Virus record (IMG/VR): IMGVR_UViG_3300025818_000017
Strand: one strand, 5' to 3'
DNA length: 64,000 nt
Source: a virus
Shown: in pieces, positions 28,982 through 38,938 of the stretch
Position numbering within the stretch: the stretch's first letter is position 1
How the letters are laid out: the number at the start of each line of letters is the position of its first letter
Notes under the pieces: model-generated
What the model was told of the DNA's origin: nothing
The model's database searches: none
Seen by the model: only the letters and a program-made list of their open reading frames with translations
Translations under genes and position numbers: made by a program

Positions 28982-29827
28982 ATGGTTATAGAAGAATACA
29001 GGAGAGATAAAACTGAAAAGTGTAAAAAGTCATTATCTGGTAAACGAACAATAAAGGAGAAGATGGTTCTTATTGAGTGTGACGAATGTGGTGAAAAACA
29101 TAACAGAACACTTGGTCATTATAATAAGATGAAAAAACAGGAACTATTTGATAAAGATTATTGTAATGTTTGCTGGCGTCCCATACTCAATAGTAGACCA
29201 GAAAAGATTGAAAAAATGAGAGAAGGTCTTAAAAAAGTATGGAGTGATCCTAAAAAACGCCAAGAAATGTCTGTGACTATGAAACAACATTGTGAAGAAA
29301 CTGGAAGAATGATAGGAGATAATAATCCTATGAAAAATCCAGATACGCAAAAGAGAGTCAGTGAAACACGGTCAGCAAATATGACTCCCGAAGAACGACA
29401 AAAGTATTCAAACGCAACGAAGAAAGCGTGGGAAGAAGGCAAGTATATAGATAAAAAAACAACACAGTGTAAATGGTATGATTATGTTGATAAAAATGGC
29501 AGAATACATAAATGTCAAGGAACTTGGGAGTTGGCATATGCTGAATATCTTGATAACAATGGCATTAGGTTCAAATCGCATTTTGGAAAAATCCCTTATG
29601 TTGATGACGAGGGTGTAAGTCATAACTATTATCCAGATTTTTATCTAATAGATACAAATGAATATGTTGATGTTAAGGCAACATATTGGTTAGCAAGGCA
29701 AAAACGAAAGTTTGAGTTACTTAAAGAACAATCAACAGAAAAGATACTCATTTTAACAGAAAACGAGTTAACAAAGAAAGGTGTAATGATTTATGGCAAC
29801 GGAAAAGATAGTAGATATTCAAGTTGA
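28982..29827 (+). CDS. free-standing homing endonuclease (Zn-ribbon/NUMOD3-like N-part plus PD-(D/E)XK domain)
   Basis: CDEC..CNVC, GDNNPMKNP, GTWE, YYPDF...VDVK; sits between the intein halves. Confidence 0.75.
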   Translation: MVIEEYRRDKTEKCKKSLSGKRTIKEKMVLIECDECGEKHNRTLGHYNKMKKQELFDKDYCNVCWRPILNSRPEKIEKMREGLKKVWSDPKKRQEMSVTMKQHCEETGRMIGDNNPMKNPDTQKRVSETRSANMTPEERQKYSNATKKAWEEGKYIDKKTTQCKWYDYVDKNGRIHKCQGTWELAYAEYLDNNGIRFKSHFGKIPYVDDEGVSHNYYPDFYLIDTNEYVDVKATYWLARQKRKFELLKEQSTEKILILTENELTKKGVMIYGNGKDSRYSS

Positions 29828-30326
29828 AGAATATACAGGCGATGTGTATAATCTTGAAGTAGAACCTAACCACGAAGAAAAAGACGATCAGTTTTATCTG
29901 TGTGCTGATACAGGTATTGTAATCCATAACTGCCATCCAAGAGACAACATTGCCCTACGATGGATGGCAGATAACCTTGATCTTGGCTATGACCTATTTG
30001 ATGCCATTATGAATGCCAGAGAGAAACAAGCAAAAAATATGGCAGAAGCATTAATGAAATATAAACTTCCTGTTGTTATACTTGGTAAATCGTACAAACC
30101 AGGTGTGGAATATGAAGATGGAAGTTCAAGCATTCTTGTGGGTTCTTATGTTGAGCATCTTGGCGGCGAGCTACATTACGATAAAATACTTGATGCACCT
30201 GCGGTGTATCTACTTGCTCACCCGCTCGACAGATTTGACCAAGGAGCAGAAGACTCAGTCGTTGTTGATCCTTGGAGACAAGTCTGGACTCAACACAAGG
30301 TAAAATATTACGGAAAGACCCGATGA
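29793..30326 (+). CDS. ugd: C-intein (46 aa) fused to UDP-glucose dehydrogenase C-terminal fragment
   Basis: VYNLEV...GIVIHN|CHPRDNIAL, LGKSYKP. Confidence 0.95.
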   Translation: MATEKIVDIQVEEYTGDVYNLEVEPNHEEKDDQFYLCADTGIVIHNCHPRDNIALRWMADNLDLGYDLFDAIMNAREKQAKNMAEALMKYKLPVVILGKSYKPGVEYEDGSSSILVGSYVEHLGGELHYDKILDAPAVYLLAHPLDRFDQGAEDSVVVDPWRQVWTQHKVKYYGKTR

Positions 30327-31054
30327 TTGTAATCGGTGCTGGTTGTAGTCTTATTGAAGGCGCGGAACTGGAAAGCCAAGAACAAACTTGGCCTTGTAAA
30401 CTTGCTCGTCGGCACAATATGTCTTATGTAAACGCTGGGCATACTGGTGTCGGTAATAGGTACATTGCTCATAAGGTTATCAATGAAGTTTCTGCCCTTG
30501 CCGAAGAAGACTTATTTGTAATCGTTCAATGGTCTTATCTTTCCCGTTACGACTATCTGTTATCGTTTGATACACAAGAGCGCAACAGTCCTTGGTACAC
30601 AATAACACCCGCTCATCTAAATCTGGGCGACGAAACTGTTGCTAAATGTTTCGGTAAAGACTATATTGAGCGTATTCATGAGTTTGGTGTTACTGATTGG
30701 GTAGAAGCACACTATAAGTTAGTTGGTGATGCTAATGAAACTGATAGTAGCCTTGCGGAAATACTGATGGTCCAAGAGTTTCTAAATAATAGAAACATTC
30801 CGTATATCTTTACTACGGCTGAAAACTGGAATGAATATCGTGCATTCCAAAACCCAACACACTCTAAGGCATATTACGATGCTATTGATTGGTATAAGTT
30901 TAGATGGTTTCCACACGACCTTGGGCCAACTGGATTTGTGTATTGGGCAAATGCTAATGATTTTCCGAAGGCACCTATGGGTCATCCATTGGAACCAGCA
31001 CACGAAGCAGCAGCAGATATTATGGAGAAGTATTTTGTCCAAGAAATTAACTGA
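30323..31054 (+). CDS. SGNH-hydrolase-like protein
   Basis: GCS, GVGN, QWS, HP...H. Confidence 0.6.
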   Translation: MIVIGAGCSLIEGAELESQEQTWPCKLARRHNMSYVNAGHTGVGNRYIAHKVINEVSALAEEDLFVIVQWSYLSRYDYLLSFDTQERNSPWYTITPAHLNLGDETVAKCFGKDYIERIHEFGVTDWVEAHYKLVGDANETDSSLAEILMVQEFLNNRNIPYIFTTAENWNEYRAFQNPTHSKAYYDAIDWYKFRWFPHDLGPTGFVYWANANDFPKAPMGHPLEPAHEAAADIMEKYFVQEIN

Positions 31055-31333
31055 GGAACAGAAAGAGTTTTGGGATCAACTTACAACAGAACATCCAGAC
31101 AATATAGATACAGAGATAAGTATATACATAAGCGGTATTCAACAGCGTGAAAGTATTGACTATGTACTAAGTGGTCAAGATATCGTGTTTAGTAATCCAC
31201 CCGCACGTGGAGAAGTTGTTCGACTGTTTATGAAGAATGATAGAGTATCTAAGTATTGTGCTGCTGATATTTTAGTTCGACAATTTTACGGTGATGGTCA
31301 ATTTTCCGTTATTAGAATACCAGGAGTTTTAGC

Positions 31334-31990
31334 ATGGTAAAGATATTAGAAGATTACGAACAACCTTTTGACGCATACTTAGATTTTGAGAAAATGATAA
31401 GTGAGTATACGGGCGCACCTTATGTTGTGCTAACCGATTGCTGTACGCATGCTATGGAACTGTGTATTAGATACTGGGCAAGAGAAAACCAGATTGATCT
31501 TACCCAGCGAAGCGTGGTCTTGCCCCATCGTACATACCTCAGTGTCCCAATGATGATTCATAAGTTAGGTATTACATTAGAAGATTACGAATTGCTGAAC
31601 TGGGATAGCGATGATATGTATCCTATCCGTGGCGTAGTAAACGATAAAGTGTACGATTGCGCTAGGTTATTCAAAGAAGATATGTACATAAAAGGCACAT
31701 ATATGTGTTTGAGCTTTGGTCATCGTAAACCATTACAAATCGGTAACGGTGGAGCTATCTTACTTGATGATGTTGAAGAGTACAATGACTTGAAGCAAAT
31801 GACATATGATGGAAGAGCTATTCATGATTTTGATCCGTGGGTAGATCAAGCCGTATTCAAGGTTGGGTATCACTATAATATGCGTGTTGAGACAACTATT
31901 AGAGGAATGCGTTTATTGCATGATGGTGAGATTGGAAAAGCATTACCATTCTACTATCCAGATTTGAGGGAGATTACTATTGTATTCTAA
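31334..31990 (+). CDS. DegT/DnrJ/EryC1/StrS aminotransferase
   Basis: TDCCTHAMEL, TYLSVP, CLSFG..KPLQIG.GGAIL. Confidence 0.88.
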   Translation: MVKILEDYEQPFDAYLDFEKMISEYTGAPYVVLTDCCTHAMELCIRYWARENQIDLTQRSVVLPHRTYLSVPMMIHKLGITLEDYELLNWDSDDMYPIRGVVNDKVYDCARLFKEDMYIKGTYMCLSFGHRKPLQIGNGGAILLDDVEEYNDLKQMTYDGRAIHDFDPWVDQAVFKVGYHYNMRVETTIRGMRLLHDGEIGKALPFYYPDLREITIVF

Positions 31991-32504
31991 AGGAAACCTA
32001 CCAGTTATTTGGAACGATGAATACAAACACTTGGACTATACAAGAGAATCGTTCAATGACCCAGAATCCATTACCAAATGGAAAAAGCAACATTATATGG
32101 TTGCTAACTTTGTTGGAAAGATGGCAGACTTTCGCAAGAAGCAACCAGATTTCACAAAAGAGATTACCAAATACTTTTCCAATAAATACCAATGGAAAGA
32201 TGTTGGCGCAAGTTATTATGTTATGGGAACTTGCGATATCCTACCAAACCATAGAGATTTATATGCCCGTTATAAACAGGTTTATGAGTTATGGCATGGT
32301 GAAGATATTTGGCGAGCAATCGTATTCCTTGAAGACAGAAAGCAAGGTCACATCTTAGAGATTGAAGGCGAAGTATTGAACTGGAAAGCTGGCGATTATG
32401 TGATGTGGAAAAATGACGCAGAACACGCTGCGGCAAATATTGGTATTGACCCACGGTACACCCTTCAAATAACAGGGTGGACTGATGCTGGGGTGGATAG
32501 GTAG
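31980..32504 (+). CDS. 2OG-Fe(II) oxygenase/cupin-like protein
   Basis: HRD...H facial triad, RYTLQITG. Confidence 0.65.
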   Translation: MYSKGNLPVIWNDEYKHLDYTRESFNDPESITKWKKQHYMVANFVGKMADFRKKQPDFTKEITKYFSNKYQWKDVGASYYVMGTCDILPNHRDLYARYKQVYELWHGEDIWRAIVFLEDRKQGHILEIEGEVLNWKAGDYVMWKNDAEHAAANIGIDPRYTLQITGWTDAGVDR

Positions 32505-32795
32505 ATTATTAGAAATTCTATTATGCTTGATACTACTCCCTATCGCTCTAGGGGTTATATTGTTATGGCTTTCGGCTGAATGGGGAACCAAACTTTATAA
32601 CCATATTATGTGTAAAATCTATAAGCATAAGGTATATGTTTCAGCGTGGGAATATAGCAAATACAAAGCCATCTTTGATAATAGACTAAAAAGAAGATAT
32701 TACTATATTGAACCTTTACACGAATACTGCTATCATTATGATACATATCACGTTATTGGATACAACTTTAGGATGATGCGTGGTAAAGATTACAC

Positions 32796-33452
32796 TTGGA
32801 TGAGTTTGATTTTATAATGGTTATAAACGACGAGAGAGATTGGTGTTTCTACCATATTATGAAATGCGGTGGAACCAGTATTCGTTCATTATTGAATGAT
32901 GTATCTGGTAGCGTAGATTCCAGACATATGCGTATTTACAAGCACATAGAGGTAAGATACTGGCCCAAGCCAATCACACAGAAGCGTGTCTTTACGGTTG
33001 TTAGAAACCCTTGGGAACGCTTTCATTCATTGTATTGGGATATCAAATCCCGCTTCCGCAAAATGCATAAGACGGAAAATAAAAACCCACAACTAAAAGC
33101 TTGGTATTTGGAAACAGCGGAATACACTGAGAAGTTTAGTTTCCCTGATTGGATATTACACGGCAAATACATTCATCCAGCAGAATACAAATACACGGAC
33201 AACCCACTCAATACCCTTGAGAAGAGTATGAGTTATTGTATTGACGGGCACGATATGGATGTGATAAGATTAGAGGATGGACAACTATTAGACGAATATC
33301 TTTCTGATTTACTTGGATATAAGGTAGAACGAGATACACTGAATAAATCCAAGCGACCAAATGATTATCATAAAGAGTATAATCGTAGTGCCCGTGATAG
33401 AGTAGCGGAAGTATGTGATGAAGACATTAGACGATGGGAATATGATTTCTAA
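32796..33452 (+). CDS. sulfotransferase family 2
   Basis: HIMKCGGTS and VRNPWERFHS. Confidence 0.85.
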   Translation: MDEFDFIMVINDERDWCFYHIMKCGGTSIRSLLNDVSGSVDSRHMRIYKHIEVRYWPKPITQKRVFTVVRNPWERFHSLYWDIKSRFRKMHKTENKNPQLKAWYLETAEYTEKFSFPDWILHGKYIHPAEYKYTDNPLNTLEKSMSYCIDGHDMDVIRLEDGQLLDEYLSDLLGYKVERDTLNKSKRPNDYHKEYNRSARDRVAEVCDEDIRRWEYDF

Positions 33453-33651
33453 AGAAGAGTTCTGGGATGCTCTTACACAGCCCACAGATAGAGGATGTTT
33501 CAACTGTGCCCACGATAGATGTTATGGTAGAATGGCGTTAGAGATTATTATAACCACGGAACATTATCATCCTACTGAACCTATATGTGAAAACAATATG
33601 GAAGCGGTAAAGTCTCTAAACGGCAACCTATGGAAATGGAATGGTGAATGA
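33442..33651 (+). CDS. small Cys-containing protein, paralog of 8254
   Basis: KEEFWDAL..P...CxxC...LWKWNGE. Confidence 0.6.
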   Translation: MISKEEFWDALTQPTDRGCFNCAHDRCYGRMALEIIITTEHYHPTEPICENNMEAVKSLNGNLWKWNGE

Positions 33652-34661
33652 TTATCAACAGCAACAATGAATGGGATAAACTAAAGTCAATCGTGGTTGG
33701 TTCAGCGAGAGGGGCACGATTCCCCATCCTTGACCATGTTTTTTCTTTACAAGCGATAACAACCACCTGGGAATATTCCCCATTACCGCAAGGAAAACTA
33801 CCAGAGAAGGTTATTAGGCAAGCCACACAAGACTTACGCCAACTTATTATGCTACTGGGTAAGTATGATGTGGAAGTTCATAGACCACAGCGATTAGATT
33901 TTGATATGGAATGTATCAACTACGATTGGGAAACCGATGGTATGTATAACTATTGCCCTAGAGACTTACTATTAGTCGTTGGAGATACTGTTATTGAAAC
34001 CCCGATGGTTTATCGTTCACGACAGAATGAAGTAAGGGCATATGAAGATATCAAACGAAAAGCGATGATGGACGGTGCGGTATGGATTGCTGCCCCAAGA
34101 CCCACCTTATTAGAAGATGAAGTATTTGTAGAAGATGGGCATACTGTTCTTACAGAAGAATACCCTATATTTGATGCTGCTAATGTTTGCCGATTAGGGA
34201 AAGATTTATTGTATCTTGTTAGTTCAACTGGGAACTATCGTGGTGCGGAATGGCTACAGCAAGTTTTGCCGAACCATAAAGTTCATATTGTAGATGATTT
34301 ATATAGTTACGCTCATATTGATTCGACTATTGTTCCACTTGAAGAAGGTGTTGTTCTACTAAATGGTTCAAGGGTTGATGAAAGTAACTATCCAAAAGTT
34401 TTCAAAGATTGGAAGCGTATCTACGTTGAAGATGGAGAAATGATAAAACAGTATTATGATTCTTACCCTTATGCGAGTAAATGGATTGGTATGAACTTAT
34501 TGGTCATTGAACCTGGGTTATTACTGATGGAACAGGGACAACCATTTCTACGACAGAAACTAGAAAAAGAAGGTTATGAATGCTTGACCACACCCATGAG
34601 AATGGCGAGAACATTAGGGGGAGGACTACACTGCGTCACGTTAGATTTATGCCGTGAATAA
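33648..34661 (+). CDS. amidinotransferase (glycine/inosamine-phosphate type)
   Basis: NEWDKL, YCPRD, FDAAN, HIDST, GGGLHC. Confidence 0.92.
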   Translation: MIINSNNEWDKLKSIVVGSARGARFPILDHVFSLQAITTTWEYSPLPQGKLPEKVIRQATQDLRQLIMLLGKYDVEVHRPQRLDFDMECINYDWETDGMYNYCPRDLLLVVGDTVIETPMVYRSRQNEVRAYEDIKRKAMMDGAVWIAAPRPTLLEDEVFVEDGHTVLTEEYPIFDAANVCRLGKDLLYLVSSTGNYRGAEWLQQVLPNHKVHIVDDLYSYAHIDSTIVPLEEGVVLLNGSRVDESNYPKVFKDWKRIYVEDGEMIKQYYDSYPYASKWIGMNLLVIEPGLLLMEQGQPFLRQKLEKEGYECLTTPMRMARTLGGGLHCVTLDLCRE

Positions 34662-34701
34662 TAAATATATACAACATATTGCATAAGGAAAAACAAAAAT
34701 A

Positions 34702-35445
34702 ATGAATTGCGATAAAGACGATGGTGCTAAACACCACGATAAATTGACGCAGCACTTAGCGAAAGACCCAGAATCTTTCAAGCGTTTAGCTCAGAAAAAA
34801 TACGAAACAATAGTCCAAACTTTACCGGACAAACAATACGAAACTATCTTGAGTTATGGGTTCAATCTCGTAGCCTGTGGTTTTGCGTTGAACGGACACG
34901 ATGTACATATTACGAACTGTTGTATGGATTGCGGTTCTTGTATTGGTCTTAGTAACCTGATCTATGAAGATGATCTCGCCGATCTTGTATCCCAAGGTAA
35001 AAAGTTTGATCTTGTTCTGGCAGTAGACCAAGCCCTAACATACGCAGACACTAATGAAGATCAACGAGAACTCATTGCCACGTTTGCAAGCATAACTGAA
35101 AAGACCCTCGTAACGACAGTGAGAGATTACCGTAACCAAAACCATAATGATAAGTTCTTTGATGAGCCTTTCTACATCAAACAAGGCGACAACGAGAGAA
35201 TAGTTATCAACCACCGTAAATGGAATCGTGGAGACAGACAGGCTTGGAACAACTATACCTACATCATTGACGAGAACCATAATCTTGATGTCGTCGGTCC
35301 AAAGAAACGCAGAACATTATATTTCAAGCAGCTTGCTAAGTTCTTATACGACAACGGGGCAAAAGATTACACAGTCCACAAAGAACCCCTATATAAGAGT
35401 GGGTTTAGTAAAGCCTTTCAGTATATTATCACAGCGGAGTTCTAA
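34702..35445 (+). CDS. SAM-dependent methyltransferase-like protein
   Basis: KKFDLVLA and LTY motifs; degenerate motif I. Confidence 0.5.
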   Translation: MNCDKDDGAKHHDKLTQHLAKDPESFKRLAQKKYETIVQTLPDKQYETILSYGFNLVACGFALNGHDVHITNCCMDCGSCIGLSNLIYEDDLADLVSQGKKFDLVLAVDQALTYADTNEDQRELIATFASITEKTLVTTVRDYRNQNHNDKFFDEPFYIKQGDNERIVINHRKWNRGDRQAWNNYTYIIDENHNLDVVGPKKRRTLYFKQLAKFLYDNGAKDYTVHKEPLYKSGFSKAFQYIITAEF

Positions 35446-35957
35446 TGAAAGATAGTGAAAAACGGGCAATAATCGAAGACGAGATTAGAAATACTGTCCG
35501 TGCGGAAATGAAAAGAGTTGATATTCGTAGACTAGTCGATGAGATTATGGGTCAAATCGTAGAACAGCATATGCGAGACTATACATTCCCAGAAAAGAGT
35601 ATTCCCTCGTCATCTATTGATTTTAGTGATTTCAGTTTGGACCAAGATAGATGTAATATTACACATATTGATAACTTTAGCAGTGGTGGCATTACAGATA
35701 CATCTACAACTGACCAGATCACAGTAACCGATGACGGCGTAAGAATAAAAAGTCTGACGGTAGACAACCTAAATATTATACAGAAGATAAACGTAAAGGG
35801 TAAGGTTCGTATTGGCGATCCTACCTACGTTAAGATTGTTGAGAGTGTCAATAATCAAGCAATGTCCAAGTTCGCAGATAAGATCGAAAAGATTGATTGG
35901 GCAGTCGAAAATATTGTGAAGCTACAGAATGATCAAGGTAAGATTAAAGCAAAGTGA
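35445..35957 (+). CDS. hypothetical protein
   Basis: coupled ORF. Confidence 0.55.
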   Translation: MKDSEKRAIIEDEIRNTVRAEMKRVDIRRLVDEIMGQIVEQHMRDYTFPEKSIPSSSIDFSDFSLDQDRCNITHIDNFSSGGITDTSTTDQITVTDDGVRIKSLTVDNLNIIQKINVKGKVRIGDPTYVKIVESVNNQAMSKFADKIEKIDWAVENIVKLQNDQGKIKAK

Positions 35958-36386
35958 AAAGAGCGATAAAAAATACAGAGCGTGGATAGACGCTGGGACA
36001 AACTATTATTATGGTCGATCTTGGGTAGACGCAGAAAACGTCACACCCGAAATGATTAAAACCGAAAGTGATATAGAAATATTTCTAAAGCTACAGGAAG
36101 CAGACTATACAAAGCACCATGTAGTTGGATGCTTACCGGAATGGTTCATAGATTTCAAGAATCAAAGAGACGCAACAGCTTTTATGCTGAAATGGGTTGA
36201 CAATTTCTAACAGTGTGGTATAATAGACGTATGATTGAAACAAAATACATATTAGGAATTTTACTTATGCTTTCAACCATTGGGTTGTTTAGTGACCGAA
36301 GCGATGACAAGGAGAAAGTACTCACTTGGTTATCCACTAACGCAACATTGTCAATTGTCATTCCAGTTCTTCTTATCGGAATGTTC

Positions 36387-37358
36387 TTATTTGACCTGTT
36401 CTTCTAAGTTACGCTCAAACTCTCGCAAACGTTTCCAAATAGATCGTAGTTCCGTAAGCACCGTCCAGTTTTCCATAATCACATTGAACGATTGATAAAC
36501 TTTTTGGAATGCGTTACTGACCTGTACCATAACGCCCAACATAATAGCACCCGTAAACAAACTTGGACCCATCACCAGATATGGGGCAACTACCATAAAC
36601 TGTCCTAAACTATTAGACCATAAATCAAAATAACCGTAATGATTGAATAAACGCTGATAGTTGAATCGTAATCCTGTAAATAACTCTACAACTGTTTCTG
36701 TTTTACCGTAGTTATTTTTATCATCTTCCGCATACACTAACTCTTTACGGAATGCTGCTTCTACCTTCTGGTTATTATATTCCAATCCTGGCAAGAACCA
36801 TCCCACGAACCAACTAATAATAATCCCGCCGATGCTAACTGCAATCGCTAACCATACCAGTGACCCATCAATGCTGGCGAATGGTTCAATGCTGACGTCG
36901 TTGGATAATTCCCAAAGGATTGGAATAAAAGCAATAACAAGCATAACTGCTTTTACAACTTGCATACCCAAACTTTCTAAAATCTTTGCTAAACGGTGTG
37001 TGTCTTCCTGTATACGCTGGCTGGCACCCTCAATCTCATGTTCAACCTTCTGCCATCGTGGTAGATAGTTGAACGTGATTGCTTCACGCCAACGAAATAT
37101 CCATACTCTGCCGAACCAGTTTGTAGCAGAAACGATTGCAACATATGGCATAGCCAAATATAGGAATGTTTCTATGCCATCCCAAAACTTGGATACAGGA
37201 TGCTTGGTTGCTTCTTGTAGGATATTGTAGAAATCTCTATACCAACTGTTTATCATAACAGTGATTTCTACTTGTGAATAGATTGAAGCGAGAAGTAATA
37301 AGGCACCACCCCAAGCCCATAACACCCATTCACGGCTGGTAAAAAATGCTTTGAACAT
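36387..37358 (-). CDS. sbmA: SbmA/BacA peptide transporter
   Basis: WAWGG, INSWY..FY, WREA, EGASQRIQEDT, NQKVEAAFRKELVYAED. Confidence 0.92.
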   Translation of the reverse strand: MFKAFFTSREWVLWAWGGALLLLASIYSQVEITVMINSWYRDFYNILQEATKHPVSKFWDGIETFLYLAMPYVAIVSATNWFGRVWIFRWREAITFNYLPRWQKVEHEIEGASQRIQEDTHRLAKILESLGMQVVKAVMLVIAFIPILWELSNDVSIEPFASIDGSLVWLAIAVSIGGIIISWFVGWFLPGLEYNNQKVEAAFRKELVYAEDDKNNYGKTETVVELFTGLRFNYQRLFNHYGYFDLWSNSLGQFMVVAPYLVMGPSLFTGAIMLGVMVQVSNAFQKVYQSFNVIMENWTVLTELRSIWKRLREFERNLEEQVK

Positions 37359-37516
37359 AAGGTATTTACATAAATAAAAGTGTGCAGGGGCTTTTCTTGC
37401 CCCCGATATTGACCGTGACGCTTGTGTACAATACACTTTACCATACGGAACGCCACATCGTATAGATTGATCTTCTTAGCACATTCATGATATAATGTAT
37501 AAAATAAGGAGATTAA

Positions 37517-38446
37517 ATGAAAAAGTTCCCAATACGTCCAACTGGCATTATGATTGCGTCAAGCTGTAATTTGGCTTGTTATGGTTGTGATAGATACATT
37601 GAACACGATCATCCTGGTTTTACCAGATGGAAAGATGCAGAGCAATGGATGGATATTTGGAGTAAACGAGTATATTTTCCAGATATGATTGATGAACAGG
37701 GTACGAATAGAACTGGCAATATTAGTCTAATTGGTGGTGAACCAACTATGCATCCCGATTTAAAAGAATGGATTTATGGTATCGCCCAATATTTTCCTGA
37801 ACCCGAAAAATCACTATCAACGAATGGTCTTAAAATTCCCCATCTACCCGATCTATATAAATGGTTACAGGATACAAATATAAAGCTTTATGTTAGCGAG
37901 CATTCTAAAGACCCTGCGTATCAGCGTATGTGGAAGAATACACTAAAAACTATTTTCGCTTGGGATAAATGGGAAAAAATTAGTGAAGCCAGAACAAATT
38001 TAGGATTATCCCACGAAAGATTTAAAAGTGCTGCTGGTGTAACACTGCGAATAAAATATTGCGATCATATCAATTGGGTAAAATCTTATCAAGGTTACGG
38101 TCCCACAATGATGCCATACGAAGATAATGATCCAGAAAAAAGTTTTAAAGCACATAAATCAATGACTTGTGCTTCCCTATACGAAGGAAAGTTTTATAAA
38201 TGTGCTACTATCGCTATGTTACGACCACAGTTAGAAAAATATAATTTACAAGACCATCCAAAATGGCAACGGTATTATAATTTCCAAGGATTAGATTACG
38301 ATTGTTCCGATGAAGAACTACAAGAATTTTCTGAAAATTCAGATAAAGCTCATTGGATGTGCGGTAAATGTCCTGCTAATCCCGTGGAAATCGGTCAACC
38401 ATACGCCGATATATTAAAGAAACCATCATATTATAAAGGTCTTTGA
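37517..38446 (+). CDS. radical SAM protein
   Basis: CNLACYGC, GGEPTMHP, STNG. Confidence 0.92.
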   Translation: MKKFPIRPTGIMIASSCNLACYGCDRYIEHDHPGFTRWKDAEQWMDIWSKRVYFPDMIDEQGTNRTGNISLIGGEPTMHPDLKEWIYGIAQYFPEPEKSLSTNGLKIPHLPDLYKWLQDTNIKLYVSEHSKDPAYQRMWKNTLKTIFAWDKWEKISEARTNLGLSHERFKSAAGVTLRIKYCDHINWVKSYQGYGPTMMPYEDNDPEKSFKAHKSMTCASLYEGKFYKCATIAMLRPQLEKYNLQDHPKWQRYYNFQGLDYDCSDEELQEFSENSDKAHWMCGKCPANPVEIGQPYADILKKPSYYKGL

Positions 38447-38476
38447 ATAACTACTCAAAAGGTTACGAAGAAATCG

Positions 38477-38938
38477 TTATTGACTGAACCATTCAATCTT
38501 ACCAGATTGAACATCCTTGACGATACGATCCCATATCATCTTGCCAAACTGTTCTTGTAAGTCTTGGTATTGTTCTTTAAGTAGTACTTCTTTTGATTTT
38601 ACTACTTGTGTATCTTTTGGATTTTTTAGGATGCGTTGCTTGCCTCGTATTTTGTAACCACCCTTAGATGTATTATAGCCGTTTTCAATGCAGTTATGCT
38701 CTTCAATGAGAATAGCCTCTTTCGCAAGAGCATCGTTGGGGCAACTGCTTTGGTAGATTTCTTCAATATGAAAGTTTTCAAATCCTATATCTCTCATGGC
38801 ACTTGCTAACTTGTTGCTGCTACGTTTCATAGATTGTTTGTGACCACGCATACGATGCTTGATCCCATTTTTGGTAAACCCAATATAGATTTTGTCGTTG
38901 ATATTATTTGTTATTTTATAAACTGTGTAAATATGCAT
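38477..38938 (-). CDS. free-standing GIY-YIG endonuclease
   Basis: VYKITN....YIG.T....R...H, E.I, GYN. Confidence 0.9.
   Translation of the reverse strand: MHIYTVYKITNNINDKIYIGFTKNGIKHRMRGHKQSMKRSSNKLASAMRDIGFENFHIEEIYQSSCPNDALAKEAILIEEHNCIENGYNTSKGGYKIRGKQRILKNPKDTQVVKSKEVLLKEQYQDLQEQFGKMIWDRIVKDVQSGKIEWFSQ

Noticed and set aside
28925-29827. Contiguous intein broken by sequencing error
   Set aside because: Tandem stops, a dedicated promoter/RBS hairpin and a separately initiated IntC ORF in another frame argue for a real split.
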